A DNA stretch of 64,000 nt. Origin: Mobula hypostoma. Lineage: Eukaryota. The notes under the pieces are model-generated. The model did not search any database. It was not told where the DNA came from and saw only the letters and a list, made by a program, of their open reading frames with translations. Of the stretch, positions 1 through 12,235 are shown in pieces. Location: contig NC_086097.1 in the NCBI RefSeq assembly GCF_963921235.1, forward strand, positions 5,518,001-5,582,000. Reading direction: 5' to 3'. Numbering within the stretch: the stretch's first letter is position 1; each line of letters opens with the position of its first letter. A program made the position numbers and the translations under genes.

Positions 1-2074
1 TATTATGCCCATTTCATGCCTGTACATTATGCTTCATTGTGATAGTTGGGTGAGTTAATTGTTGAATAATGTTAGAAACTTAACCTTTATTAAATCAGTG
101 CAATAGTGCTTCGCTGTTATAATGGTTACTCATTAGGTAGCTTGACATATTTGTTAAAATAGAGCAGTACTTAATATAACCCTATTAAAGATTTGCACAG
201 ATTTTACTGGCAGAAATATATAAGGATTATTACCCACAAATCTGGATAAATGTAGGATATGTTTCAATCCAGTGACTCTGTCAATATTGTCCCCAGAGTC
301 TATTCCAAACTATATTGATCCTATAACAGCAATTCTTAAATTCTCCATAAAAAGCTTTGAGCTGAAATTGTGTTTTGGGATACGAGTGGTTTGTAGAAAA
401 TGTTTATTTTATACCTGTTGCCTTGACCGTGAGATAGTGCTCCCAAGGCAGATGACTTGTATTATTCAATTCTGGCCTATCTCCATGCAGACACAGAAAC
501 TGTCCCTGATATGGGTTTTGGGCAGCGTTCCAGGTTCTTGAACCAAAACTGCAGTCGACAGAAAAAAAAAGTTATCTATGCCTGAGAGGTTATTATTAAA
601 GGGTTTTTAGCTTTTACTGTCATATAATGTTTAATTGGATTTAGTTTTGCATGGAAAACTGAATGGTTTATAATTTATATCTCAATCCAAGACATTAGCT
701 CCTCTTCAAATGATAAAGACTATTGAAATACACATCCCCCCATCTCATGGTTAGTTTCTTTCGAACCATGTAAATTATAATGCCTTTATGTGTTATTACG
801 TGAAGTGCTGTTAAGAAGATCTATGACATCCCACATAATTGAATGTTTTTATTTTAGCTTCCAAACAGGAAATTCCAGAACGCACTTCCAAGGTAATAAA
901 AGGCGTTGGTCCATTTATCATTTGACAAAGATGTAAATATAAGACACTATAAAATCTATTGCTTGGCCACACAACAGAGGACAAATAGCAAATTTCATGA
1001 CATTTGCCAGTGATATTAAACCTGATTCTGCCTCTGACTGAAATTAGTTCTCACTGGGAAGTTTATCCAACATATTCTTTAGTCAGATAGTGGTGAATCT
1101 GTGGAATTCATTGCCACAGGCAGCTGTGGAGACTTTGGGATTCTAATGATTTTTCTGTCATTTATTATTGGGGGTTTTCCTTCTGTTTTGTGGATTCCTG
1201 CAGAGAGTAAGAATTTCAGCTTGTATAATGTATATATTCTCTGATATTAAATAAAACCATTGAATCATTGAAGTCATTGGGTATATTTGAGACAGAGGAT
1301 AATAGATTCTTGATTAGTCAGGGCATGAAGGGGAACGGAGAGAAGTCAGGAAACTGGTGGAGCAGACTCGATCGGCCAAATGGCGTAAATCTGCTCCTAT
1401 CTCTTATGAAACAATATACTATACTGTAGATGCTGGAAATCTAAAATATATCTAGTATTCTTGTAAATACTCAGCAGGTAAAGCAGAATCTGTGGAGAAG
1501 GAATATCTCAGGTGGATGACCTTTGAAAAGTTGGAGTTAAGAGAAATGAGGGATGGATGGAGAATGTAAAGCTAAAGTTCAAAATGGGGTGAAGGGTAGG
1601 AGCAAGCTGATTACTAAGCTCCACAATCTAGGTCTCGGCACATCAACCGATCATTGGATCTTGGATTTCCTCACTAATCGCACCCACTTAGTAAGTGCAC
1701 ATCAACCCATCAACCCTCCCGCCTAACCCTGAACTCTGGTGTCCCACGGGGCTGTCCGCTGAGCCCACTTCTCGACTCCCTCCTCACCTATGACTGCACT
1801 CCAGCTCATGATACAAACTCAATCATCACATTTGCAGACTCCACAACTGTGACTGGCCTATTCACAAATAATAACATATCTTCATATAGAGAGGAGGTGC
1901 TGAAACTGTCCAATTGGTGCAGGAACCACAGCCTATCACTCATGATCAAGAAGACTAAAGAAATGAAGACGGACTTCAGGAAGACAAGAGGTCTTGAACA
2001 AGCTCCACTATTCATAGTGAGGTAGTGAAAAGAGTGAAAACAGGCCACCTCAGCCCTTCTAGTCCGTGCCGAAC

Positions 2075-2620
2075 TCTTACTCTCACCTAGTCCCACCGAC
2101 CTGCACTCAGCCCATAACCCTCCATTCCTTTCCTGTCCATATATCTACCCAATTTAACTTTAAGTGACAACATCGAACCTGTCTCAACCACTTCTGCTGG
2201 AAGCTCATTCCACACAGCTACCACTCTCTGAGTAAAGAAGTTCCCCCTCATGTTACCCCTAAACTTTTGCCCTTTAACTCTCAACTCATGTCCTCTTGTT
2301 TGAATCTCCCCCACTCTCAATGGAAAAAGCCTATCCACGTCAACTCTATCTATCCCCCTCATAATTTTAAATACCTTTATCAAGTCCCCCCCAACCTTCT
2401 ACACTCCAAAGAATAAAGACCTAACTTGTTCAACCTTTCTCTGTAACTTAGGAGATGAAACCCAGGCAACATTCTAGTAAATCTCTTCTGTATTCTCTCA
2501 ATTTTATTGACATCTTTCCTATAATTCGGTGATCAGAACTGTACCCAATTCTCCAAATTTGGCCTTACCAATGCCTTGTACAATTTCAACATTACATCCC
2601 AACTCCTATACTCAATGCTC
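2075..2620 (-). mobile_element. CR1 3' fragment inserted in a Rex1/Babar-like LINE (host ~1625-2855, +)
   Basis: FFTQRVVAVWNELP motif; host carries GVPRGCPLSPLL and FADS-like RT remnants. Confidence 0.8.
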
Positions 2621-3719
2621 TGCTCTGATAAACATCACTGAAGAACTCTGTTGGCCTATTAACACAACATTGGACAAAAGGAAGGCACAACAGTGACTAT
2701 ACTACCTGAGGGGTTTAAGGAGAGCTAAGCTGCCTTCAAATTTTGCAAACCAGCTTTTATCGACATGAGATAGAGAGCATACTGACATATGGAATGACAG
2801 TGTGGTACGTGGCTGCAGAAGGACAGGTCACAAAGCACTCCAATGGGTGATTAGCCCATAAAGAGTTTAAAAGTGTTCAGGCTGATCAGTGGCAACAAGA
2901 TGAAAAAGAAAATGGTAGAGCTTTCTACAAAGACATCAGTAATAATGCCATCAGTCTAATTAGAAATGCTTCTGAATAACAAAGATAGCAGGGATTTCAC
3001 ACCTGGTATCCTTCTTTTGAAAGCAACCTGTCTTACATTTCTCTGATATTTACTTATCCATGCAAAAAAGCTCCATCATTATCTTCCCAGGGTAGAGTCT
3101 AAAATTACCAAATTGTTTTAAAGTATTTTTAAAGCTGTTCAATCTCTGAAAATGATAATGAACGTTCTGTCACATCGTGCTTGCCCAAATACTGTGGCTG
3201 ATAAATCCAAACTTCGCGTTTAGGAGATTCTTTTGAAGGAGAAAGTATTGTATCTTATTTAGAGGTGCAGCTAGGTTCAGGTCCTACTGGCCCAGCAAGC
3301 CGCATTGGCTTGCAACCCACCTATTTAACCCTAACCTAATCACAGGACAATTTACAATGACAAATTAACCTACTAACCTGTACGTCTTTGGACTGTAGAA
3401 GGAAACTGGAGCACCTGGGGAAAAGCCAAACATTCACAGGGAGAGTGTACAAACTCCTTACAGGCAACTCTGAACTCCGCAATGTCCCGAGCTGTAATAG
3501 CATTGCGCTATTTGCTACACTACCATGATGCCTTGTTGTATATCTTGTACATGATTCAGAAACATTCCCCAATGTGAAATCTCATTGCTTTCTCTGTCTT
3601 TTTACCTCCCCTGAAAGGGTTGATTCCTTCTTGGGATACAGTTCCAAGACATTTGATGAGTCCTAAATGTCCTTTAGAATCTAAGTTTTGCTTTGAGTAG
3701 TAACTTGATATCATCTTTT

Positions 3720-4295
3720 TGAGGCCCTTCCATTAGTCGTGATTGGCCATGGATGTTACGTCCTGGCTAGCAATGTGTAAGCCTGGGCAGTATGACATGG
3801 GGAGCGAGCTGTTGGCCATGTAGCAGGCTCCCCCGCCCCCCCCCCACACAGCTGATGAATCCAAACAAATGGCAGAGACCGATACAGTTTGGCACCATCA
3901 GCGTTGCAGGAGTCGTCAGTCAGTGTTGAACTCAATGTGGGACTGCAGCTCCAGCTACAGATTTTTCCCTTGGGGTTTACTCACGATGCCTTCCCCATGA
4001 GTGGGTATAACTGCAAGTCAGAGGAGGTTTGAAATCAGAGCTTTCCTTCTCCTAGGTGGGCTGCCATCCATATCTGACAACCCCTATCTACCTGAAGTGA
4101 CTGGACTGGTTCTGAGGCACAAGTATCCCACCTTTGCTCTTTCTCCTTTTAGTAGAAACGGGTCCACCGGGCTTAGTAGCTAAGCCACATGTGAAGGCCA
4201 GGAGCTGGACTTGGCTGTCGGAGGCCGTTGGGAGCATTTAATAGGTAGTGGGAGCTTGCCCCATTACCATCCCAGGCTGTAACAACCTTAAGGAG
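3720..4295 (-). mobile_element. Non-autonomous RTE-like element; related copy at ~55279-55910 (+)
   Basis: The two loci share AAGCTCCCACTACCTATTAAATGCTCCC, GGCCTTCAC.TGT.GCTTAGCTACTAAGC and GGTGCCAAACTG blocks in opposite orientation. RTE assignment is tentative. Confidence 0.55.
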
Positions 4296-4840
4296 CCATC
4301 ATCTGTTTAAAAGGGTCTCAGATCACAGCATACATTCCTGACTCAACGCATATGAAAGTAATGATCAGAAAGCGTAAAATTAGCAAGATTCCTGTTCCTT
4401 TGTGATAAAAGTTGCATCTGTTAGTTAGTTGCTCTATGTTTCTATGTATAAAGAGTTTTTTTTTTAAGTACTGCTTCCTGTTTTTAAATCGGAATAAGCT
4501 AATAACTACCGAGCAGTTTTTGAAAATGGTGAATCAAGATGCTGTCAAAATTGCACCTTGGAGCATCTGATGATATACATTCAACATCAGTGAGCTCAGC
4601 TTGTCTCCAAACATCTTGACAAATCCTTTTGTGTGCTCTTCTTTTGCACTTCCCCGGAATTAAAAGATTTTATCATCTTCTCAACTTCAGGAATAAAAAT
4701 AATATTACGGAAATACATTCTCTTGCTCTCAAATGTGATATGTAAGAAATATAAAAAAATAAGTATTTGGATATTTCAATAAGAGTGTGAAAAGTCTGGA
4801 AAGATCTTCAAATGGTGTTTTGTTAAGTGCCATTTGATTA

Positions 4841-5270
4841 AAACACACAAAATGCTGGAGGAACTCAAAAGGTTAGGCAGATTCTGTGGAAATGAATAAG
4901 GAGTCGGCATTTCAGGTTGAGACCCATCATCAGTACTGGCAAGGAAGGGTGAGGAAGCCAGAATAATAAGAGGATGGGGAAGGAGAGGGAGGGCCAGCTG
5001 GAAGGTGATACCGCTATCATTAAGTTAACAAATTTCATGACATATGCTGCTCATATTAAACCTGATTCTGATTCTGATAGGTGGAGCCACGTGGGTGGAG
5101 AGGACCATAAGACCATATGAGGGGTGATGAAGCAAGAAGAAAGGATGTGATTGTTGGAAAAGTTAAAAGGCTGAAGAAGGAAGCTGATAGGAGAGAAAAG
5201 TGGATGATGGGAGAAAGGGTAGGAGGAAGGGAACTGTGGGGAGGTGATAGATAGGTGAGAAAATGAGAGA
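4841..5270 (-). mobile_element. Old degenerate Penelope-like 3' end
   Basis: ACACACAAAATGCTGGAGGAACTC..., a decayed CTGATGA...GAAA motif and a purine-rich UTR resemble the young copies. Confidence 0.6.
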
Positions 5271-6064
5271 AGTCAAGTGACGTAATTGGCTGAATGGCGT
5301 AATTCTTCTCCTATGTTTTATGGTCTTATAGTGATGTAGATTGGGATTGCCAAATATTTAGCCAGTGTTAAATGTCTCTATTGTCCTTTACAACATCAGT
5401 ACGCAGGTTAGTCATTCCAAAGTCCATTGGAACAAATGCATGTGCTGTCTGACAGCCTCGCGTAATGAAATGGACTCTTTGACTCGTGGTGGTAGTGTTT
5501 GGCTGTGAAGGCAGCGGAGGGATAACATCCATTATGAAAGGCGTAACAAATTCAACCATATTTCCTGAACCCAAATATGTAAACCAGATGTCAGACTCAA
5601 ATATGTGTGTCTTTCTGTGTATTTCACTCAATGTTTTTTCTTGCCGTTTGCACAAATTGTTTTTTTGTGCATGGGTGTGGGTGTGGTTGATGTTCTTCCT
5701 TGAATGAGCCCCATGGTTTTCCTTTATTTCATGGCTGACTGTGGGAAAGACGAATCTCAGGGATGTAGACGGCATACATACGCTTGAATGTTTGACTCCT
5801 TGAGTGATGGTCATTATTTACTTTCACAAGTATGTGGAGATGATGTCTTGATAAGAAGATCACATGAGCTAATGGGAAAGGTAAGACTTGCTGGCTTTAA
5901 ATGCACACTTTTTCTTATATATGGATGGCAAAAGAAAATCACACTACAAATTATCATTATCTTTATGCCTGTTTATAACCTACAGATTTATAATTGCTTT
6001 CAGTGTTATTGTAACATGTTTTTAAAGCTTTAATATTTTGTTTCATTCTTTGCTGAACTATATA

Positions 6065-6590
6065 CACCCACAGTGGCCACTTTGTTTAAGTACCTCTTGA
6101 ACATAATGAAGTGCTGCTGAGTGTACCGTGTGTTTTGGTCTTCTACTGCTGTAGCCCAGAAACTTCAAGGTTCAGTGTGTTGAGTGTACAGAGACGCTCT
6201 TCTGCACACCACTGTTGGTTATTTGAGTTTCTGTCACCTTCCTGTCAGCTTGAACTACTTTGGCCATTTTCCTCTGACCTCTCTCATTAATGAGGTGTTT
6301 TCGCCAAAAGAACTGCCAATCACTAGATATATATTGTTTTTTGCACCATTCTTCGTAAACCCTAAAGACTGTTTGATGTGAATATCCAAAGATATCAGAT
6401 AATACTCAAACCACCCCATCTGGCACCAACAATCACTCCACGGTCAAAGTCACTTAAATCACCATTCTGATATTTGTTCCAACAGCAAGAGAACCTCTTG
6501 ACTTTTATGCATTGAGTTGCTACCTCATGATTGGTTGATTAGCTATTTTCATTAACAAGCAGGTGTACCTAATAACGTGGCCACTGAATG
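6065..6590. mobile_element. Tc1/mariner-like MITE; related copies at ~41500-42176 and 56440-56635
   Basis: TIR CAC.CA..GTGGCCACTTT..TA.GTAC flanked by TA. Confidence 0.7.
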
Positions 6591-6818
6591 TATTTCCCAT
6601 TAACCTAATTTCAAAATTGTAACTCTTTTCTATACAAGTACAGGTGACCCCTTTATTAAAGCCATCTGAATTACAGAAATTCTTCCTTTAGTCATTATCC
6701 AATGGTTTGACATAGGGAGTACAATTGTCAAATTGGTAAATTGGTTTATTATTGTCACAGGTGAAAAACTTGTCTTGCATGATGTTCACCCAGATCAATT
6801 CATGACAACAATGAATTT

Positions 6819-7095
6819 GGGATGTCATGGTCGTGTAGCAGTTAGCGTGACACTATTACAGCTCGGGACTTTGGAACATGGAGTTTAATTCCAGTGCCCT
6901 CTAAAAGAGGTTTGTATGTGAGCGTGCAGGTTTCCTCCAGGTGCACTGGTTTCCACCCACTGTCCAAGAGACGTACCAGTTCGTAGGTTAAATGACCATT
7001 GTAAAGTGTCCTGTGTTTACGCTAGGGTTAAGGAGGTGGACTGCCGAGCAGCACGGCTCATTGGGCGAGAAGGGCCTGTTTCACGCTGTATCTCT
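6819..7095 (+). mobile_element. tRNA-derived V-SINE (HE1-like); other copies ~3255-3530(-), 42893-43175(+), 50880-51175(-), 52453-53415(+), 54755-55035(-)
   Basis: Decayed A/B boxes followed by a GGTTTCCTCC.GGTGC.C.GGTTTCC.CCCAC.GTCCAA core. Confidence 0.75.
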
Positions 7096-7377
7096 GAGAG
7101 AAAACAAAAATAAAATAAAACAGTGTGCTGAAGAAGTCAAGATAAAACAATCAGAGTGTAGGGTAAAGTATTACAGTTACAGAGAAAGTGCAGTGCAGGT
7201 AGACAAGAAAAGGACAAGTGATAATGAGGTAGACTGTGAGGTTAATGGTTCATCTTATCTTGATAGGGAATTTGTATCTTCTGCCTGTCTGGCATGGGTG
7301 AGATTTTGATTATATGATGTTAGCTGCATTACTGATACACTGAGAAGCTTAGACAGAGTCCATAGAGGATAAGATTG

Positions 7378-7892
7378 TAAGCAGTTTTGGGCCCCTGACT
7401 AAGAAAGAATGTGCTGGCATTGGAGAGGGTTCAAAGGAGGTTCACGAACATGATTACAGGGTTGAAAGCTTTGTCATATGAGGAGCATTTGATGGCTCTG
7501 GGCTTCTGCTCACGGAGTTCAGAAGAATGAGGGGTGAAACCTATCAAATGTTGAAAGGCTTTGATAAAGTAGGTGTGGAGAGGATGTTTCCTATGGTGGG
7601 GGAGTCTAAGATCAGATGACACAGCCTCAGAATGGAGAGATGTCCTTTCAGAACAGAGATGAGGCAGAACCTCTTCAGCCACAGAGTGGTGAGTCTGTGG
7701 AATTCATTGCTACAGGCGGCTGTGGAGGGCAAGTTATTGGGTCCAGTTAAAGCAGAGGTAGATAGATTCTTCATTAGACAGGGCATGAAGATATAAGGGG
7801 GGAAAGCAAGAGATCGGGGCTGAGAGGGAAAATAGATCTACCATGATAAAATGGCAGAGCATACTTGATGAGCCAAGTAGTCTAATTCTGTT
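7378..7892 (+). mobile_element. CR1 3' fragment (its tail resumes at 12349-12376)
   Basis: CR1 ORF2 C-terminal motifs and 3' UTR. Confidence 0.8.
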
Positions 7893-7953
7893 AACACACA
7901 TCAAAGTTGCTGGTGAACGCAGCAGGCCAAGCAGCATCTGTAGGAAGAGGCGC

Positions 7954-7989
7954 AGTCGACGTTTCAGGCCGAGACCCTTCGTCAGGACT
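7954..7989 (-). ncRNA. Minimal type I hammerhead ribozyme in Penelope 3' region
   Basis: Sense strand reads AGUC-CUGACGA-AGGGUCUCGGCCU-GAAA-CGUC^GACU: intact core boxes, stem I AGUC/GACU, short stem II, palindromic ACGU in place of stem III. Confidence 0.85.
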
Positions 7990-8278
7990 AACTGAAGGAA
8001 GAGTGAGTAAGGGATTTGAAAGTTGGAGGGGGAAGGGGAGATCCAAAATGATAGGAGAAGACAGGAGGGGGAGGGATAGAGCCAAGAGCTGGACAGGTGA
8101 TAGGCAAAAGGGATACGAGAGGATCATGGGACAGGAGGTCCGGGAAGAAAGACAAGGGGGGGGGCACCCAGAGGATGGGCAAGAGGTATATTCAGAGGGA
8201 CAGAGGGAGAAAAAGAGTGAGAGAAAGAATGTGTGCATAAAAATAAGTAACAGATGGGGTACGAGGGGGAGGTGGGGC

Positions 8279-10183
8279 CTAGCGGAAGTTAGAGAAGTCA
8301 ATGTTCATGTCATCAGGTTGGAGGCTACCCAGACGGAATATAAGGTGTTGTTCCTCCAACCTGAGTGTGGCTTCATCTTTACAGTAGAGGAGGCCGTGGA
8401 TAGACATGTCAGAATGGGAATGGGATGTGGAATTAAAATGTGTGGCCACTGGGAGATCCTGCTTTCTCTGGCGGACAGAGCGTAGATGTTCAGCAAAGCG
8501 GTCTCCCAGTCTGCGTCGGGTCTCGCCAATATATAAAAGGCCACATCGGGAGCACCGGACGTAGTATATCACCCCAGTCAACTCACAGGTGAAGTGTTGC
8601 CTCACCTGGAAGGACTGTTTGGGGCCCTGAATGGTGGTAAGGGAGGAAGTGTAAGGGCATGTGTAGCACTTGTTCCGCTTACACGGATAAGTTCCAGGAG
8701 GGAGATCAGTGGGGAAGGATGGGGGGGACGAATGGACAAGGGAGTCGCGTAGGGAGCGATCCCTGTGGAATGCAGAGAGAGGGGGGGAGGGACAGATGTG
8801 CTTAGTGGTGGGATCCCATTGGAGGTGGCGGAAGTTACGGAGAATAATATGTTGGACCCGGAGGCTGGTGGGGTGGTAGGTGAGGACCAGGGGAACCCTA
8901 TTCCTAGTGGGGTGGCGGGAGGATGCAGTGAGAGCAGATGTGCGTGAAATGGGGGAGATGCGTTTAAGAGTAGAGTTGATAGTGGAGGAAGGGAAGCCCC
9001 TTTCTTTAAAAAAGGAGGACATCTCCCTCGTCCTAGAATGAAAAGCCTCATCCTGAGAGCAGATGCGGCGGAGACGGAGGAATTGCGAGAAGGGGATGGC
9101 GTTTTTGCAAGAGACAGGGTGAGAAGAGGAATAGTCCAGATAGCTGTGAGAGTCAGTAGGCTTATAGTAGACATCAGTGGATAAGCTGTCTCCAGAGACA
9201 GAGACAGAAAGATCTAGAAAGGGGAGGGAGGTGTCGGAAATGGACCAAGTAAACTTGAGGGCAGGGTGAAAGTTGGAGTCAAAGTTAATAAAGTCAACGA
9301 GTTCTGCATGCGTGCAGGAAGCAGCGCCAATGCAGTCGTCGATGTAGCGAAGGAAAAGTGGGGGACAGATACCAGAATAGGCACGGAACATAGATTGTTC
9401 CACAAACCCAACAAAAAGGCAGGCATAGCTAGGACCCATACGGGTGCCCATAGCTACACCTTTAGTTTGGAGGAAGTGGGAGGAGCCAAAGGAGAAATTA
9501 TTAAGAGTAAGGACTAATTCCGCTAGACGGAGCAGAGTGGTGGTAGAGGGGAACTGATTAGGTCTGGAATCCAAAAAGAAGCATAGAGCTTTGAGACCTT
9601 CCTGATGGGGGATGGAAGTATATAAGGACTGGACATCCATGGTGAAAGTAAAGCGGTGGGGGCCAGGGAACTTAAAATCATTGAAAAGTTGAAGAGCGTG
9701 AGAAGTGTCACGAACATAGGTCGGAAGGGATTGAACAAGGGGTGATAAAACAGTGTCGAGGTATGCAGAAATGAGTTCGGTGGGGCAGGAGCAAGCTGAG
9801 ACAATAGGTCGGCCAGGACAGGCAGGTTTGTGGATCTTGGGTAGGAGGTAGAAACGGGAAGTGCGGGGTGTGGGAACTATAAGGTTGGTAGCAGCGGATG
9901 GGAGATCCCCTGAGCGGATAAAGTCGGTGATGGTGTGGGAGACAATGGCCTGGTGCTCCTTAGTGGGGTCACGATCGAGAGGTAAATGAGAGGAGGTATC
10001 CGCGAGTTGTTGCTGTGCCTCGGCAAGGTAGAGGTCAGTACGCCAGACTACAACAGCACCCCCCTTATCGGCGGGTTTAATAATAAGGTTAGGATTAGTG
10101 CGGAGGGAGTGGAGAGCAGAGCGTTCCGAAGGAGTGAGGTTGGAATGGGGACAAGGTGCGGTAAAGTCGAGACGGTTGATGTC
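8279..10183 (-). CDS. Penelope-like RT/GIY-YIG polyprotein, 5'-truncated but with an uninterrupted frame (~634 aa)
   Basis: Manual translation extends the 453-aa ORF upstream without stops: KPADKGGAVVV, FYLLPKIHK..GRPIVS, DVQSLYT (RT motif A), GVAMG, YIDD (motif C), CxxC knuckles, GVIY...LYIGET (GIY-YIG). Confidence 0.9.
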   Translation of the reverse strand, partial: DINRLDFTAPCPHSNLTPSERSALHSLRTNPNLIIKPADKGGAVVVWRTDLYLAEAQQQLADTSSHLPLDRDPTKEHQAIVSHTITDFIRSGDLPSAATNLIVPTPRTSRFYLLPKIHKPACPGRPIVSACSCPTELISAYLDTVLSPLVQSLPTYVRDTSHALQLFNDFKFPGPHRFTFTMDVQSLYTSIPHQEGLKALCFFLDSRPNQFPSTTTLLRLAELVLTLNNFSFGSSHFLQTKGVAMGTRMGPSYACLFVGFVEQSMFRAYSGICPPLFLRYIDDCIGAASCTHAELVDFINFDSNFHPALKFTWSISDTSLPFLDLSVSVSGDSLSTDVYYKPTDSHSYLDYSSSHPVSCKNAIPFSQFLRLRRICSQDEAFHSRTREMSSFFKERGFPSSTINSTLKRISPISRTSALTASSRHPTRNRVPLVLTYHPTSLRVQHIILRNFRHLQWDPTTKHICPSPPLSAFHRDRSLRDSLVHSSPPSFPTDLPPGTYPCKRNKCYTCPYTSSLTTIQGPKQSFQVRQHFTCELTGVIYYVRCSRCGLLYIGETRRRLGDRFAEHLRSVRQRKQDLPVATHFNSTSHSHSDMSIHGLLYCKDEATLRLEEQHLIFRLGSLQPDDMNIDFSNFR

Positions 10184-10187
10184 CCAT

Positions 10188-11906
10188 CGGATACCTCCTC
10201 TTATTTACCCCTTGATCGTGACCCCACTAAGGAGCACCAGGCCATTGTCTCCCACACCATCACCGACTTTATCCGCTCAGGGGATCTCCCATCCACTGCT
10301 ACCAACCTTATAGTTCCCACACCCTGTACTTCCCGTTTCTATCTCCTACCAAGATCCACAAACCTGCCTGTCCTGGCCGACCTATTGTCTCAGCTTGCTC
10401 CTGCCCCACCAAACTCGTTTCTGCATATCTCGACACGGTTTTATCATCCCTTGTTCAATCCCTTCCGACCTATGTTCGTGACACTTCTCACGCTCTTAAA
10501 CTTTTCGATGATTTTAAGTTCCCTGGCCCCACCGCTTTATTTTCACCATGGATGTCCAGTCCTTATATACTTCCATCCCCCATCAGGAAGGTCTCAAAGC
10601 TCTACGCTTCTTTTTGGATTCCAGACCTAATCAGTTCCCCTCTACCACCACTCTGCTCCGTCTAGCGGAATTAGTCCTTACTCTTAATAATTTCTCCTTT
10701 GGCTCCTCCCACTTCCTCCAAACTAAAGGTGTAGCTATGGGCACCCGTATGGGTCCTAGCTATGCCTGCCTTTTTGTTGGGTTTGTGGAACAATCTATGT
10801 TCCGTGCCTATTCTGGTATCTGTCCCCCACTTTTCCTTCGCTACATCGACGACTGCATTGGCGCTGCTTCCTGCACGCATGCAGAACTCACTGACTTTAT
10901 TAACTTTGCCTCCAACTTTCACCCTGCCCTCAAGTTTACCTGGTCCATTTCCGACACCTCCCTCCCCTTTCTTGGTCTTTCTGTCTCTGTCTCTGGAGAC
11001 AGCTTATCCACTGATGTCTACTATAAGCCTACTGACTCTCACAGCTATCTGGACTATTCCTCTTCTCACCCTGTCTCTTGCAAAAACGCCATCCCCTTCT
11101 CGCAATTCCTCCGTCTCCGCCGCATCTGCTCTCAGGATGAGGCTTTTCATTCTAGGACGAGGGAGATGTCTTCCTTTTTTAAAGAAAGGAGCTTCCCTTC
11201 CTCCACTATCAACTCTGCTCTTAAACGCATCTCCCCCATTTCATGTACATCTGCTCTCACTCCATCCTTCCGCCACCCCACTAGGAATAGGGTTCCCCTG
11301 GTCCTCACCTACCACCCCACCAGCCTCCGGGTCCAACATATTATTCTCTGTAACTTCCGCCACCTCCAACGGGATCCCACCACTAAGCACATCTTTCCCT
11401 CCCCCCCCTCTGCATTCCGCAGGGATCGCTCGCTACACAACTCCCTTGTCCATTCGTCCCCCCCATCCCTCCCCACTGATCTCCCTCCTGGCACTTATCC
11501 GTGTAAACGGAACAAGTGCTACACATGCCCTTACACTTCCTCCCTTACCACCATTCAGGGCCCCAAACAGTCCTTCTAGGTGAGGCAACACTTCACCTGT
11601 GAGTTGACTGGGGTGATATACTACGTCCGGTGCTCCCGATGTGGCCTTTTATATATTGGCGAGACCCGACGCAGACTGGGAGACCGCTTTGCTGTACATC
11701 TACGCTCTGTCCGCCAGAGAAAGCAGGATCTCCCAGTGACCACACATTTTAATTGCACATCCTATTCCCATTCTGACATGTCTATCCACGGTCTCCTCTA
11801 CTGTAAAGATGAAGCCACACTCAGGTTGGAGGAACAACACCTTATATTCCGTCTGGGTAGCCTCCAACCTGATGGCATGAACATCGACTTCTCTAACTTC
11901 CGCTAG
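10188..11906 (+). pseudogene. Penelope-like RT/GIY-YIG ORF, disrupted copy
   Basis: Same protein as the left arm, with 1-bp deletions near 10348 and 10530 and a CAG>TAG stop at 11577-11579. Confidence 0.9.
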
Positions 11907-12199
11907 GCCCCACCTCCCCCTCGTACCCCATCTGTTACTTATTTTTATGCACACATTCTTTCTCTCACTCTGCTTTTTCTCCCTCTGACCCTCTGAATAT
12001 ACCTCTTGCCCATCCTCTGGGTCCCCCCCCCCTTGTCTTTCTTCCCGGACCTCCTGTCCCATGATCCTCTCATATCCCCTTTTGCCTATCACCTGTCCAG
12101 CTCTTGGCTCTATCCCTCCCCCTCCTGTCTTCTCCTATCATTTTGCATCTCCCCCTCCCCCTCCAGCTTTCAAATCCCTTACTCACTCTTCCTTCAGTT

Positions 12200-12235
12200 A
12201 GTCCTGACGAAGAGTCTCGGCCTGAAACGTCGACT
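12200..12235 (+). ncRNA. Minimal hammerhead ribozyme (right arm)
   Basis: CTGACGA 12204-12210, GAAA 12224-12227, predicted cleavage after GUC at 12231. One stem II mismatch. Confidence 0.8.

Noticed and set aside
4520..4690. Possible minus-strand exon
   Set aside because: Needs a frameshift; the peptide looks more like a decayed L1/Tx1 ORF2 fragment (low confidence).
7891..8485. Recurrent ORFs MLVNAAGQAAS... and ...PDEGSRPETST...
   Set aside because: Translations of the Penelope 3' UTR/ribozyme region on either strand; length and frame vary between copies.
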